DNA of 64,000 nucleotides from positions 9,496,062 through 9,560,061 of the forward strand of contig NC_057750.1 of the NCBI RefSeq assembly GCF_004010195.1, read 5' to 3'. The position numbers were made by a program, and so were the translations under genes. The notes under the pieces are model-generated. The model saw only the letters and a program-made list of their open reading frames with translations, was not told the origin of the DNA and made no database searches. The stretch comes from Chiloscyllium plagiosum. Lineage: Eukaryota. Below, one piece after another: positions 50,287 through 62,119 of this stretch; the first letter of the stretch is position 1; the number at the start of each line of letters is the position of its first letter.

Positions 50287-50689
50287 TGGAATTCATTTTT
50301 TCCAAAATCTGGTAAATAGTAACCATATGACCACTGCCAATTGTTGTAAAAATCCATCTGATTCACCGATAACCGCTTCAGGAATGAAATTTGTCATCCT
50401 TACGAGATATGACTTTTATGAGACTCCAGACCCACAGTAATCCGGTAAGTCTCAAATGGCTGAATAAACCACTCATTTCAGGGACAGTTAGGGATGGGGA
50501 ATAAATGTTGTTTGAGCCAGTTATTCCATGAATCAACTAAACAAAAGGAACAGACCATCCACCCCCTCAAACCTGCTCAGGTTCCTGTAAGATCACCTTC
50601 CATGAGATCACTCTTCCACCCTATCCCCACACATGGAGCATAGCATCCCTGCTTCAAGCCGATCAAACCCACTGAAGAACATCCCACCT

Positions 50690-50910
50690 CTGCATTCCCC
50701 ATGGCTAACCCACCTCGCCTGCACGCTACGGGACAATTTGACATGGCTAATCCACCCTAATCTGCACAGCTTTGGACAGTGGGAGGAAACAGGAGCACCC
50801 ACACAGACACAGGGAGAACGTGCAAACTCCACACAATCGCCCTGAGGCTAGAATCAAAGCCAGGTCCCTGGCAGTGTGAGGCAGTGCTGCTAACCACTGA
50901 GCTACCACCT
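50690..50910 (-). mobile_element. HE1 SINE, diverged
   Basis: Head and V-domain on minus strand. Confidence 0.85.
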
Positions 50911-51677
50911 GCCAGCATGAACAATGTGGACAGAATGGTCTGTTTCGAAGCTGTCAATTCTATGTAGTGGTGGTTTGTTCACTTTTAAAACTTATTTCAG
51001 TTTAAATCTAATTAATTCTGACACTGGGGTACCCACTCCACAGTCTCTTGTCTGTTAAAAACCATTAGATGAAACTGTGCCTAGCCTGTGCAGGATTCAG
51101 CATTTCTAGATCCCAGGGCATCCCTGGAATTTTCTCTCCATCAGATATTCTTAGCCGGGTGTGGAAAATTCATCTTTGTCAATCCCAGCTGCCTTTTTAC
51201 TGAACGCCCACATTAATACAAACCTGAGAATATCCCATCTATCAAGTCTGTCAGGTCCAAATGAGAAACCAATGCAATTACGCATTACTGCGGTTTTAAA
51301 TCACATTTCTGAAGCAAATTGAACTTCCCGCACAGATGTGCCAAATGTTGAAAGGATTAACTAATCATCTGGATAATTTTCTCCCATGAGAAAGGCATAA
51401 ACATTTGCTTGGGGGATCGAACCACCCTCAGTCCTGACCCTGGCCGGTTTGACCCTTTCCATCTCCTCGCTGCTGTCCCAACTTTCCAGACATTAACATC
51501 ATAGGCCATTCAGCCCATCTTGGTATCTGATTTCATGCCAGCTCGTGAGATTGCAACCAAGGCAGACAGTTTTGTTTTTTGCGCAGAGTTTATTGAGTTG
51601 CTCAGTCTCGCAGCTCTCATCCCACACCAGTTTATGTATGCTCAAAGATGATGAATATTCACAACTTGTTTCTCTTA

Positions 51678-52556
51678 GAATCATAGAACCCCTGCTGTGT
51701 GGAAGCAGGCCATTCGGTCCGACACCGGCATTGCGAAGAGCATCCAATGAGACCCACACCCCTATCCTATCCCTGTAAGCGTGCATTCCCCACCCAGCCT
51801 GCACGTCTCCAGACACTATGAGACAATTTAGCACGGAGATGTGTTGCTGGAAAAGCGCAGCAGGTCAGGCAGCATCCAGGGAACAGGAGAATCGACTCCT
51901 GTTCCCTGGATGCTGCCTGACCTGCTGCGCTTTTCCAGCAACACATCTCCGGCTCTGATCTCCAGCATCTGCAGACCTCACTTTCTCCCCGACAATTTAG
52001 CATGGCCAATCCACCCTAACCTGCACATCCCTGGACACCATGGAATAATGTAGCATGGCTAATCCACCTGCACATCCCTGGACACTACGGAGCAATTTAG
52101 CATGGCCAATCCGCCCTAACCTGTACATCCCTGGGCACTATGGGACAATTTAGCATGGCCAATCCACCCTAACCTGCACATCTTTGGACACTATAGAATA
52201 ATGTAGCATGGCCAATCCACCCTAACCTGCACATCCCTGAATACTATGGGGTAATTTAGCATGGCCAATCCACCCTAACCTACACATCCCTTGTCACTAT
52301 GGGGTAATTTAGCATGGCCAATCCACCCTAACCTGCACATCCCTGGACACTATGGAATAATGTAGCATGGCTAATCCACCCTAACCTGCACATCCCTGGA
52401 CACTATGGGGTAATTTAGCATGGCCAATCCACCCTAACCTGCACATCCCTGGACACTATGGAACAATTCAGCATGGCCAATACACCTGACCTGCACATCT
52501 TTGGACTGTGGGAGGAAACTGGAGCACCCGGAGGTAACCCACGCGGACTCGGAGGG
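51678..52556 (-). mobile_element. HE1 SINE with ~10 copies of the 53-bp unit and a nested fold-back element
   Basis: Array 51991-52500; 5' head truncated. Confidence 0.9.
51834..51990. mobile_element. Near-perfect fold-back family B element lacking the hammerhead core
   Basis: ~56-bp arms around agaatcgac; TSD gacaatttagca (51822-51833, 51991-52002). Confidence 0.88.
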
Positions 52557-52646
52557 ACCGTGCAATGCAGTGAGTAGCATCCCTCCCTCTGAACCAGAAA
52601 CCCCCAGTTTGTGTCCCACTCTACAACCTCACAATGACCGCTGATA

Positions 52647-52945
52647 GGAAGGGGTTGTCTAATGAGCAAAGGCTAAACAGGTTGGGGCTCTACTAGTTGT
52701 TTAGAGGAATGAAAGGTGGTCACATTGGAATATTGAGGATTCTTAAGGGGCTTGACAAGGTCAATGCTGAGAGGATGTTTCCCCTCATGGGAGAGACTCG
52801 GGCCAGAGACCACAGTCTCAGAATAAAAGGGCATTGATTGAAGACTGAGATGAGGGGGAATTTCTTCCTTCAGAGCGCTGTGAGTCTTTGGAACTCCTTG
52901 CCATAGGGAGCTATGGGGGTGGAGTCCTTGTGTATATTTAAGATG
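52647..52945 (+). mobile_element. CR1 3' fragment
   Basis: Degenerate ORF2 C-terminus. Confidence 0.7.
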
Positions 52946-52947
52946 TG

Positions 52948-53106
52948 GAGGAGCCAGTGTTGGACTGGGGTGTACAAAGTTAAAAATCACACAACACCAG
53001 GTTCTAGTCCAACAGGTTTATTTGGAAGCACTAGCTTTCGGAGCACTGCTCCTTCATCAGGTGGGTGTTGGTCTGTAACCTGGCGTTGTGTGATTTTTTA
53101 ACTTTA
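52948..53106. mobile_element. Short fold-back Penelope-type family D element
   Basis: Arms aaagttaaaaatcacacaacaccaggtt / aacctggcgttgtgtgattttttaacttt; degenerate relative at 20730-20805. Confidence 0.7.
53029..53063 (-). ncRNA. Minimal type I hammerhead motif, intact (family D)
   Basis: cac CTGATGA A GGAGC agt GCTCC GAAAG CTA gtg; palindromic AGCU; CUA triplet. Confidence 0.75.
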
Positions 53107-53424
53107 TTGGTGTTAAACTTTATTGGCAAAGCTCCTCACAGCAATAACCACAAATCCTTGCTGTAAATCACTTTGTGATGTCCTAAGCTGTCCTCATTTT
53201 CCCCAGAACCTTGTTGCCTTGTCCCAGTCCTACCTTTTCAAGCGTTCCATTCCTCGAAACATAAACAAAATCCTTTCAAAAAGCCACAAGCACACCCTTT
53301 ACAATAGTATGCTTTAAGGCACACTCTCTTTCTGTGCACATTGTATCAAAATAATGAGTGTTCAGCTTCATTGATCACCTTTCTGCCCTCTCCAACCAAA
53401 CTTGTGCATGTCCTTTTGAAGTTC

Positions 53425-53772
53425 GTAGAATCCTCAGAGTGTTGAAGCAGGCCATAAAGTGCACACTCACCCTCCAAAGAGCATCCTGTTCAGGCCCACC
53501 CCATCCCTGCATTTTCCCACGGCCAACCCACCTAACAGGCTGCACTCTATGGGGCAATTTAGCACGGCCAATCCAACCTCACCTGCACGTCCCTGGTCAG
53601 TATGGAGCAACGTAGCATGGCCAGTCCACCCCAACCTGCACATCCTTGTACTGTTGGAAGAAACCCAATCAGAATGTAGAACCTCCACACAGAGAGTCAC
53701 CCAAGAGTGGGATCAGAACCCAGGATCTCAGCGCTGTGAGGTAGCAGTGCTAACCACTGAGCCACCGTGCTG
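53425..53772 (-). mobile_element. HE1 SINE, diverged
   Basis: Head at 53772, duplicated internal unit. Confidence 0.85.
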
Positions 53773-54156
53773 TCCACTAAAAGGGGAGCAAAGAGTAAAA
53801 CAGAAATTCTACACTGTTCTCCTCACAGCTGACATTTCTCCCAAGTTTTGTGTCATCCACAAACTTATGAACTGTCCCTTCCGCACCAAGATTAAGATCA
53901 TGCATTCCAGAAATCAGGAAAAGCAAGTGTCCTCATACTGACCCCTGGAGAACACCACGATAAAACTTCCTTCCGTCCAAAAAACACACCCATTGGTTTA
54001 TTATTCCTCAGCCTATTTTTCTATCCACGTCCCTCTTGACCTTTGTTTTCCACCAGCTATAGCCTTTCTCGTTTGGCTGTCGTGTGCCCAGTGTCTCCTT
54101 CAGCTGCTGGAGATCTTATGTGCACCGGATCTCCAGCATGGCTCAAAGGAACACTC

Positions 54157-54284
54157 ATTCCCAATGAAGGGCTCCTGCCCGAAACGTCGACTCTCCTGCT
54201 CCTCGGATGCTGCCTGACCTGCTGTGCTTTTCCAGCACTACGCTCTCAACTCTGACCTCCAGCATCTGCAGACCTCACTGTCTC
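54157..54284 (+). mobile_element. Family B element
   Basis: TSD ctcaaag(g/a)aacactc (54142-54156, 54285-54299); core mutated to CCAATGA. Confidence 0.85.
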
Positions 54285-54399
54285 CTCAAAGAAACACTCT
54301 CTGTTATCTCAACAATGCACTTCAGGACGTTGTTAGACATGATTTCCTCAGGGCCCGTTTCCACACGGTAGGGAATTTTCAGAATCTCCCGCCCTTTCC

Positions 54400-56250
54400 C
54401 AGCACAATTTCTGCTTTAAATAGCTATCAATACCCTCTTCAAAGTCTTCCTCCACCACATTTCCATATAACCATTCCAGCTCTGAGCTACTGACTGTGTG
54501 AAAATGTCACTTTTTCACAGCATATTTGCTTCTTTTACGAAACACTTTAAACCTGGGCTCTCTTGTTCCCAATCATTTTTTTGCGAGGTAAGAAACAGAT
54601 TCCGTCCGAAAACGGTGCCCAGGTGTCTCATGCTTTTTGAAAACATCTACCAAACCTCCTCTCCGTTTTCTGCTCTTCAAGGTGAACTGTCCCAACATCT
54701 CCAATGTATCTCCGTCACTGAAGTTCCTCTTCCCTGGAACCATTCTAGTATAACACTCTCTGCACTCTCTTGAATGCATTCACGTCCTTCTCAGAGTGTG
54801 GTGCCCAGAGCTGTGCACCAGACTCCAGCTGATGCCTGACTAATGTCTTGTCCATCACTTCCATGTCCACCAACCTCGTAGTCAGCAGGTTCGACAAAAG
54901 TCTTGGTTTAGCCAATGTTCTCTTCCATAAGGCCATCAGACCATAAGATGTAGGAGCTAAATTCGACCATTCGAGTCTGTTCCACCATGGCTGATATGTT
55001 TCTCATAACTCCATTGTCCTGCCTTCTCCCCATAATCTTTGATTCCCTTACCAATCACAAACCTATCAAGCTTTTTCTTAAATACACACAATGATCTGGT
55101 CTCCACAGCCCTCTGTGGCTATGAGTTCCACAGCTTTACAACTCTCTGGCTGAAGACGTTCCTCCTCACCTCAGTTCTAAAGCGTTTTCCCTTCACTCTG
55201 AGGCTGTGCCCTCAGGTAGAAGCGTTTTCTCCCTGCTCACTCTCCCCAGGCCTCTCTATATTCTATAAGTTTCAGTCAGATCCCTTCACCCCACCGCCAC
55301 ATCCTTCTAAACTCCACTGAGTACAGATCCCAGAGTCCTCAACTGCTCCTCATGCAACAAGCCCTTCACCCCGGGATCATTCTTGTAAACCGCTTCTGGT
55401 CCCCCTCCAAGGCCAGCACGTCTTTCCTTAGATACGGGGCCCAAACCTGCTCACAATATTCCAAACGTAGTTTGGACAGAGTCTTCCCTGCTAGGTCCCC
55501 CTTCCAATTAACTCTGGTCAGCTCCTCCCTCATGTCTTTGTCGTTTCCTTTACTCGATTGTAACACCGTTACATCTGATTCCAACTTCTCCCTCTGAAAC
55601 TGCAGGGTGAATTCTCTCATGTTATGGTCACTGCCCCCAGGGTGTTCTTTCACCTTCAGCTCCCTGGTCAAGTCTGCCTCATTACACACCACCGGATCCA
55701 GAATTGCCTGTTCCCTCATGGGCTCTTCCACAAGCTGCTCCAAAGAAAACCATCTCATAGACATCCCGCAAATTCCTTTTCTTGGGATCCAACCTGATTT
55801 TTCCAGTCCACCTGCATGCTGAAGACCCCAAGAATATTGTAATACGGCCTCGGATTGCCTTTTCGATCTCCTGATTAATTTTCTGCTCCACACCCTGACT
55901 ACTGCTGGGAGGCCAGTCCATAACCCCTATCAGGGTCACGTTTTGCAGTTCCTCAAACACACAGATTCGACACCTTCCGATCCCATATTGATTCTTACCC
56001 ATTGATTTCATTTCATTTCTTTACTAACAAGGCAACCCTGCACCCTCTGCCTGTCCTTTGGCTAGGACGTGTATCCTCGGATATTTAGTTCCCAGCCCTG
56101 ATCCACTTGAAGTCATGTCTCTGTGGAACCCACAACAATGAATCCACCAACTTCAATCTGTGCCCCAGCTCGTTTACCTTGTTTCGTACACTGCGTGCAT
56201 TTAAATACAACACCCTCGGTCCTGCATTGACTGTCCAACCTTCTAATTAT
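54400..56250 (-). mobile_element. CR1 LINE relics including AP-endonuclease region
   Basis: QLVEEPMREQAILDPVVCNE...GGSDHN fused by deletion to LEYCEQVWAPYLRKDVLALE. Confidence 0.85.
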
Positions 56251-56266
56251 CTGCTGTACCTGAAGT

Positions 56267-56580
56267 GGGCAGCATGGTGGCACAGTGGTTAGCACTGCTG
56301 CCTCACAGCGCCAGAGACCCGGGTTCAATTCCCGCCTCGGGTGACTGACTGTGTGGAGTTTGCACATTCTCCCAGTGTCTGCGTGGGTTTCCTCCGGGTG
56401 CTCCGGTTTCCTCCCACAGTCCAAAGATGTGCAGGTCAGGTGAATTGGCCATGCTAAATTGTCCGTAGTGTTAGGTAAGGGGTAAATGTAGGGGTATGGG
56501 TGGTTTGCGCTTCGGCGGGTCGGTGTGGACTTGTTGGGCCGAAGGGCCTGTTTCCACACTGTAAAGTAATCTAAATCTAA
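56267..56580 (+). mobile_element. HE1 SINE, full length, close to consensus
   Basis: A and B boxes, V-domain, tail. Confidence 0.95.
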
Positions 56581-56582
56581 GT

Positions 56583-57225
56583 TAGACTCCTGACCTTTCC
56601 CCATACTCTCCATCCTATTACACGTTCTGGAAACTTGAATAACCTCTCCTGACCTCTGCTCCCCTCTAACTTTATCCATCATTTTTAATGCAACTGAACT
56701 CCCCCGTCCCCACGCTATTCAGTTTAAATCCCTACCCACAGCCCAAGGTATGTGGTTAACCAGGACTCCTGTCCCTGATTCCATCAGAACAGCTTCCTCC
56801 TTCCCCAGTTCTGGAGCCAATGTCTCATGAATTTGAATCCGTTTCTCCCAAACCAATCTTTCAGCCACATGCTCACCTCTTTAATCTTGTTCACTCTGTG
56901 CCAATTCTCTCAGGTAGTAATCCAGAGGCTATTACCTTTTCCCTAGCTGCTCATATTCCCTCAACAGACCGTCTTTTCCTGTTTCTACCCACATCGTCGG
57001 ACTGTGACAATTGGATCTTTCTCCTCCCACTCCTAGTTCCTCCGCAGCCCAGATGAGAGATCCTGAACCTGGTCACCAGGCAGGCCACACATCCGGGACT
57101 CTCGATCCTGGCCACAGAGAATAGTCTCTATTCTTCTGACTATACAGTCCCCAATGACAACGGCATTTCTCCTTTCTCCCCCATCCTGAATTGCTCCCTG
57201 TATCACGGTGCTATGGTCAGTTTTC
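56583..57225 (-). mobile_element. CR1 ORF1 (SGNH esterase-like) relic
   Basis: AVVIGDCIVRRIETILCGQDRESRMCGLPG resembles the GDS motif region of CR1 ORF1; collinear with the endonuclease relic. Confidence 0.75.
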
Positions 57226-57269
57226 TCATTGAAACAGCGAGAACAGGCAGGACATTCCGTCCTTAGAGT

Positions 57270-57820
57270 CTGACCCACCATTTATAGCTGATCATGCAAT
57301 CTCAGCATCCCATTCCCGCTATCTCTCCATATCCCTTGATCCCTTTAGCCACAAGGGCCATGTCCAGGCTCCCTCTTGAATCTATCTAATGAACTGGCCC
57401 CAACAGCTTCCTGTGGGAGAGAGTTCCACAGATTCCCAACTCTCGGAGTGAAGAAATTCTTCCTCATCTCAGTCCTGAACGGCTTACCCCTTATTCATAG
57501 ACTGTGACCCCTAGTTCTGGACTTCTCCAACATCGGGAACATTCTTCCTGCATCTAGCCTGCCCAGTTCCATCAGGATTTTATATGTTTCTGTGAGATCC
57601 CATCTCATTCTTCTAAATCCCAGTGAGTACAAGCCCAGTTGATCCAGTCTTTCCTCAGGTGTCAGCCCTGCCATCCCAGGAATCAGGCTGGTGAACCTTC
57701 GCTGGACTCCCTCAATAACCAGAATGTCCTTCCTCAGACTAGGAGACCAAAGCTGCACCGAAAACCCAAGGAGTGGCCTCACCATGCCCTGTACAACTTA
57801 CAGCAAGACATCCTCCCTCC
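57270..57820 (-). mobile_element. CR1 3' fragment
   Basis: VRPLLGFSVQLWSPSLRKDILVIEGVQRRFTSLIPG. Confidence 0.88.
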
Positions 57821-57972
57821 AGCCCCTGCTCCAGTCCACACAGGGAGCAAGAATTTCAAACCTGTTAGATGAGCTCAAGGGCTCCTTCAGCAATACCTCC
57901 TGGCTTCCTCTACCTCATAGTCACATCCTCTGTCCCTGACTATGGACCGAGGTAGTTAGTCCACCTTGCTAC

Positions 57973-58140
57973 TTCTCTCTCTCTCTCTTTCTCTCTGTCT
58001 GTCATTCCCTCTGTCTCTCTCTCTCTCTCTCTCTGTTGCTCTCTCTCTCTGTCTCTCTGTCTGTCTCTCTCTCTGTCTCTCTGTGTGTCTGTCTCTCTGT
58101 CTCTCTCTCTCTGTCTCTCTCTGTCAGTCTGTCTGTCTGT
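57973..58140. repeat. (CT)n/(CTGT)n microsatellite
   Basis: Direct inspection. Confidence 0.95.
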
Positions 58141-58690
58141 ACCGAGGAACAGTGAAAAGTTTGTCTTGTGAGCAACACAGGCAGATCACAGAGTTAAGTA
58201 ACATAGATAGTAAATAATAGGTAAACAGCGGCAAAAACAAAAACACAGATACAGGCGAATGTTAAGAGTTTGTGAGTCCATTCAGTATTCTAACAACAGG
58301 AGGGTAGAAACTGTTTTGAAACCGGCTGGTACATGTGTTCAGGCTTCTATACCTTCTCCCTGATGGTAGAGGTTGTAGAAAAACATTGCCAGGGTGGGAT
58401 GGATCTTTGAGAATGCTGGCGGCCTTTCCTTGGCAACGGGCCTGGTAGATGGATTCTGTAGATGGGAGGTTGGCCTTTGTGATTGCCCGGGCCGAGTTCA
58501 CCACTCTCTGTAACTGTCTCCGATCTTGAATGGTACAGTTGCCATACCAGGTAGTGATACATCCAGACAGAATGCTCTCGATGGCACACCTATAAAGGTT
58601 GGCAAGGGTATTCACCATCATGCCAAATGTCCTCAGTTGCCTGAGGGAGAAGAGACGTTGTTGGGCCTTTGTAACCAGTGCGTCCGCGTG
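58140..58690 (-). mobile_element. Rex1/Babar-clade LINE 3' fragment
   Basis: KAQQRLFSLRQLR...YRCAIESILSGCITTWYG...DPSHPG...LPSGRRYRS...SFYP. Confidence 0.88.
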
Positions 58691-58781
58691 AAGAATCCAA
58701 GAAGCAGGACATCCCATCTTCGCATTGTCCAATCGGATCTCTACATCCACCTTCGCAGTCAGACAGGGGTTGGCGTTAATA

Positions 58782-59010
58782 CAGGCACTTCCCCCGCTTA
58801 CCAAAAGTTCGCTTACACCACTGCGTTTTTGCGAAAGACCTACATTAGTGCCTGTTTTCGCTAACTGAAAGAAATATGGAGAGGATTTTCACTTTTATGA
58901 GAAAAGTTGAAATTTTTCCCATATAAATTAATGCTTCTTCACTTTACGCAACCTTGGTTTATGAAAGGTTTCATAGGAACACTGTAATTTCGGATAGCGG
59001 GGAACACCTG
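58782..59010. mobile_element. Tigger/pogo-like MITE
   Basis: TA TSD; imperfect TIRs caggcacttcccccgctta / tagcggggaacacctg. Confidence 0.7.
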
Positions 59011-59045
59011 TAATTGCTATTTGATTCATTTTGATCTGTGGATGT

Positions 59046-59962
59046 TGTTGTGAAGCAAGGTGGACCCCCCCCCCCACTCTCTGATAACTGAAACTAAAGC
59101 ACCCAGAGAGGCTCACCTCACCTCATAATCTGGTAAAAGACATGTGAACTGTAGTATGACCTACCCCTCACTCCCCTCCAATCGATTATAAAGGAATTGT
59201 TAAATGAAATGAAATCCTTTCACTCATTCAATAATCAACAAGTAACAATGTATTTATCTAACTCCAAGAGTGATCAGATTAACAGAACCACTAACAAACC
59301 AAACAATTCCCCAATAACTACTAAACTAATCTCTAACGAAACAAAATTCTAATGGTATGCTGTTCCAATAAATACGAGTCCCACTTATATAAAAAAAGCA
59401 ATAGAATTTATTCTCTCAAAATTACAGCTAAGATATGCTTTCCAGACTGCTTCTCTCCTTCTCTGTTAATCTTTTATGAGGAATGCTTTCTTGTTCTTCT
59501 GTCAGGAATGTTCCCTCTGCGAATTCCGCAGTCTGGAATATTAGCTAAGAGTGCGGCAGTACCTTTATTAACTAGATGGTACTTTTTCCTGAGAGTTGAA
59601 AGCTGTTGTCTCTTCAGATGGCAATTTGCTCTCCCCAATTTTCCAAATTCCCTCACCTTTATATCCTTTATTATACTCTTTACCATCAGATTGGTTCTAG
59701 GTCATCAAAACTGTCAGATTTAAATTTAATTGTTTTTGATATCTAAGGGCTTGATTGGTTAAATTTGAAAAGACTTGTTGTCTTGCTGAAAATGCTGCTT
59801 AGCTGTTCGATGCTTTAATTTGGGCGCGCTCTGTGCACCTGTACTTTTAAACGTTGCTCGAACATCTATTTTAACTCTAAGCACTAAAAAAGCACTATCT
59901 TTTTAAAGGGAACCATGCTTCCCGCCATTTTACAATTTCACACACACACCAACTTCGCAACA
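59046..59962. mobile_element. Probable solo LTR
   Basis: TG...CA ends with inverted termini tgttgtgaag / cttcgcaaca; flanks atgt / gtgt. Confidence 0.5.
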
Positions 59963-60596
59963 GTGTGTAGATAGCACAGTCCTTCAGAATGAAGATGACG
60001 CTGTTTCGTGACTGGAACCAGCACGCGGTACCTCTTGATGTAGCAAAACTATGGCCACAGTTCAGGCTAAACAGGAAACTCCTGCTCTTACTGCTTGCCA
60101 CAGGTGTCATCGGTGAGATTTACGATCTCTTTAACCACGTTATGACTCACCTTTCATTCCCACCATGTCTTACAACTTTCAATTCCACTGAAAAGAGAGA
60201 CATAAAAGAAGAAGGAGCTTGGGGAAGCCTTTAGTTCCCTGGTTCTTTCACCACGCCAACACTTCAGCCAATCAGAGTCAACCCGGCAACCAATCAGCAC
60301 CCTCTTCTCTGTAATGTAAGTTGTTGTGATCAGTTGGAATTTGGCATTCTTGCGTTGATCCTGACGCATACCAGATGTGGAGTTTCAACAACTCTTTACC
60401 AATGTCCAGGAGCAAATATTTACTAATTTTATCCTATATTGTTTGCAGTCCTCCTTTGAATTAAGGTAACCCCACAATTTGTTGTCATCCAAAAATTTCA
60501 AAACCGTAAGTTTGATTCCTGTATTCAACTGGTTTACTTTTCTTTATCCATTTGTGGGATATGCGCATCACTGACTGAGCCCAGCATTTATTGCCT

Positions 60597-60740
60597 GTGT
60601 TTAGATCAGAGTGGTGCTGGAAAAGCACAGCAGGACAGGCAGCATCCGAGGGGCAGGAAAATCGACGTTTCGGGCAAAAACCCTTCATCAGGAATAGAGG
60701 CAGGAAACCTCCAGAGTGGAGAGATAAATGGGGGGGGTGT
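60597..60740 (-). mobile_element. Family B element with intact hammerhead core
   Basis: TSD catttattgcct (60585-60596, 60741-60752); CTGATGAAGGGTTTTTGCCCGAAACGTC at 60664-60691. Confidence 0.85.
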
Positions 60741-61138
60741 CATTTATTGCCTATCCCTAGTTGCCCCTTGAGAAGGTGGGGGTGAGCTGCCTTCTTGAAC
60801 CGCTGCAGTCCCCCGACTGTGGGTTGATCCACAATGTCTTTAGGGGGGAAATTCCAGGATTTTGAACCAGCAATACTGAAGGAACAGCAATATATTTCCA
60901 AGTCAGGGTGGTGAGTGGCTTGAACGGGTACTTGCAGGGGGTGGTGTTCCTACTGTATCTGCTGACCTTATCCTTCTAGATATAAGTGGCCATGGGTTTG
61001 GAAGGTGCTGTCTTAGGTGAATTGCTGCAGTGCATCTTGTACACGGTACATACTGCTGCTACTGACCGTCGGTGGGGGCGGGAGTGGATGTGGTGCCAGT
61101 CAAGCGGGGGCTGCTTTGTCGCAATGGTGTTGAGCTTT
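60741..61138 (-). mobile_element. 3' part of second CR1/L2-clade family
   Basis: Antisense match to 14040-14500. Confidence 0.75.
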
Positions 61139-61139
61139 A

Positions 61140-61450
61140 AATCATAGAATCCCAACAATGTGGAAATAGGACATTCAGCCCATCGGGTCCACACTGACCC
61201 TTTTCAGAGCAATCCACCCAGACCCACCCTATCCTATAACCCTGCATTTCCAATGGCTAACCCACCTAACCTGCACACCTTAGCATGGCCAATCCACCTA
61301 AACCGCACCATCTTTGTACTGTGGGAGGTAATACACACAGACACATGGAGAATGTGCAAACTCCATACAGACAGTCACCCGAGGCGGGAATCAAACCCGG
61401 GTCTCTGGTGCTGTGAGGCAGCAGTGCTAACCACTGAGCCACCGTGCCGC
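61140..61450 (-). mobile_element. HE1 SINE
   Basis: Head, V-domain, tail. Confidence 0.9.
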
Positions 61451-61798
61451 TAAATGTCGAACAAATGTGGCTTTGGCACCTCATTCCTTTCAGAAATGGC
61501 TCCCCACTGTTCGACACCCGAGTTACATACTTTTTTAACCTCCATCTTCTCTTCATAGGCAGTTTTCAAACCCTTCCTCCCTCTTTGTCGCCCAGCACTA
61601 TGACCTTGGTAATGAGTCCACGACGCAGCCAAGGTAAGTTTGGAAAACCAAATAGATTACAGCCATTGTATGACCCTTATCAGAGGAACGGTGTGCAGCT
61701 GATGTAATTCTTACTTACGTGAAGGGAGATAGAATGGGGCCAGAGAATAGGCTTAACAGTGGTGCTAGGAAAGATAAGTAGGCCATTCAGCCCCTCAG

Positions 61799-61897
61799 GC
61801 TTTTGCCTGAAACATCGATTTTCATGCTCCTTGGATGCTGAATGACCTGCTGTGCTTTTCCGTACCACTGTAATCTGCAGTACCCAACTCCGCCACC
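61799..61897 (+). mobile_element. Family B fragment
   Basis: TSD cagcccctcag on both sides. Confidence 0.65.
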
Positions 61898-62119
61898 CAG
61901 CCCCTCAGTCATGTATAAAATAATTCGTCGCAGCCTTAACTCAACTTTCCTGCTTGCAGTCCTCTTGACCCCTCCCTCGTTGATGAAAAATGGAGCATGC
62001 TCAATGACCCAACCTCGCCTGCTCTCTGAACTCCAAAGAGTTTCTCTTGTAACGAACCCCTGATTCCTGGCCAGAATTGAACAAACTCAGAAATTATCAC
62101 GAGGAGAGGTTGCTGATGC

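Noticed and set aside
56267..56340. tRNA genes at SINE heads
   Set aside because: A and B boxes continue into the HE1 V-domain and tail, so these are tRNA-derived SINE heads
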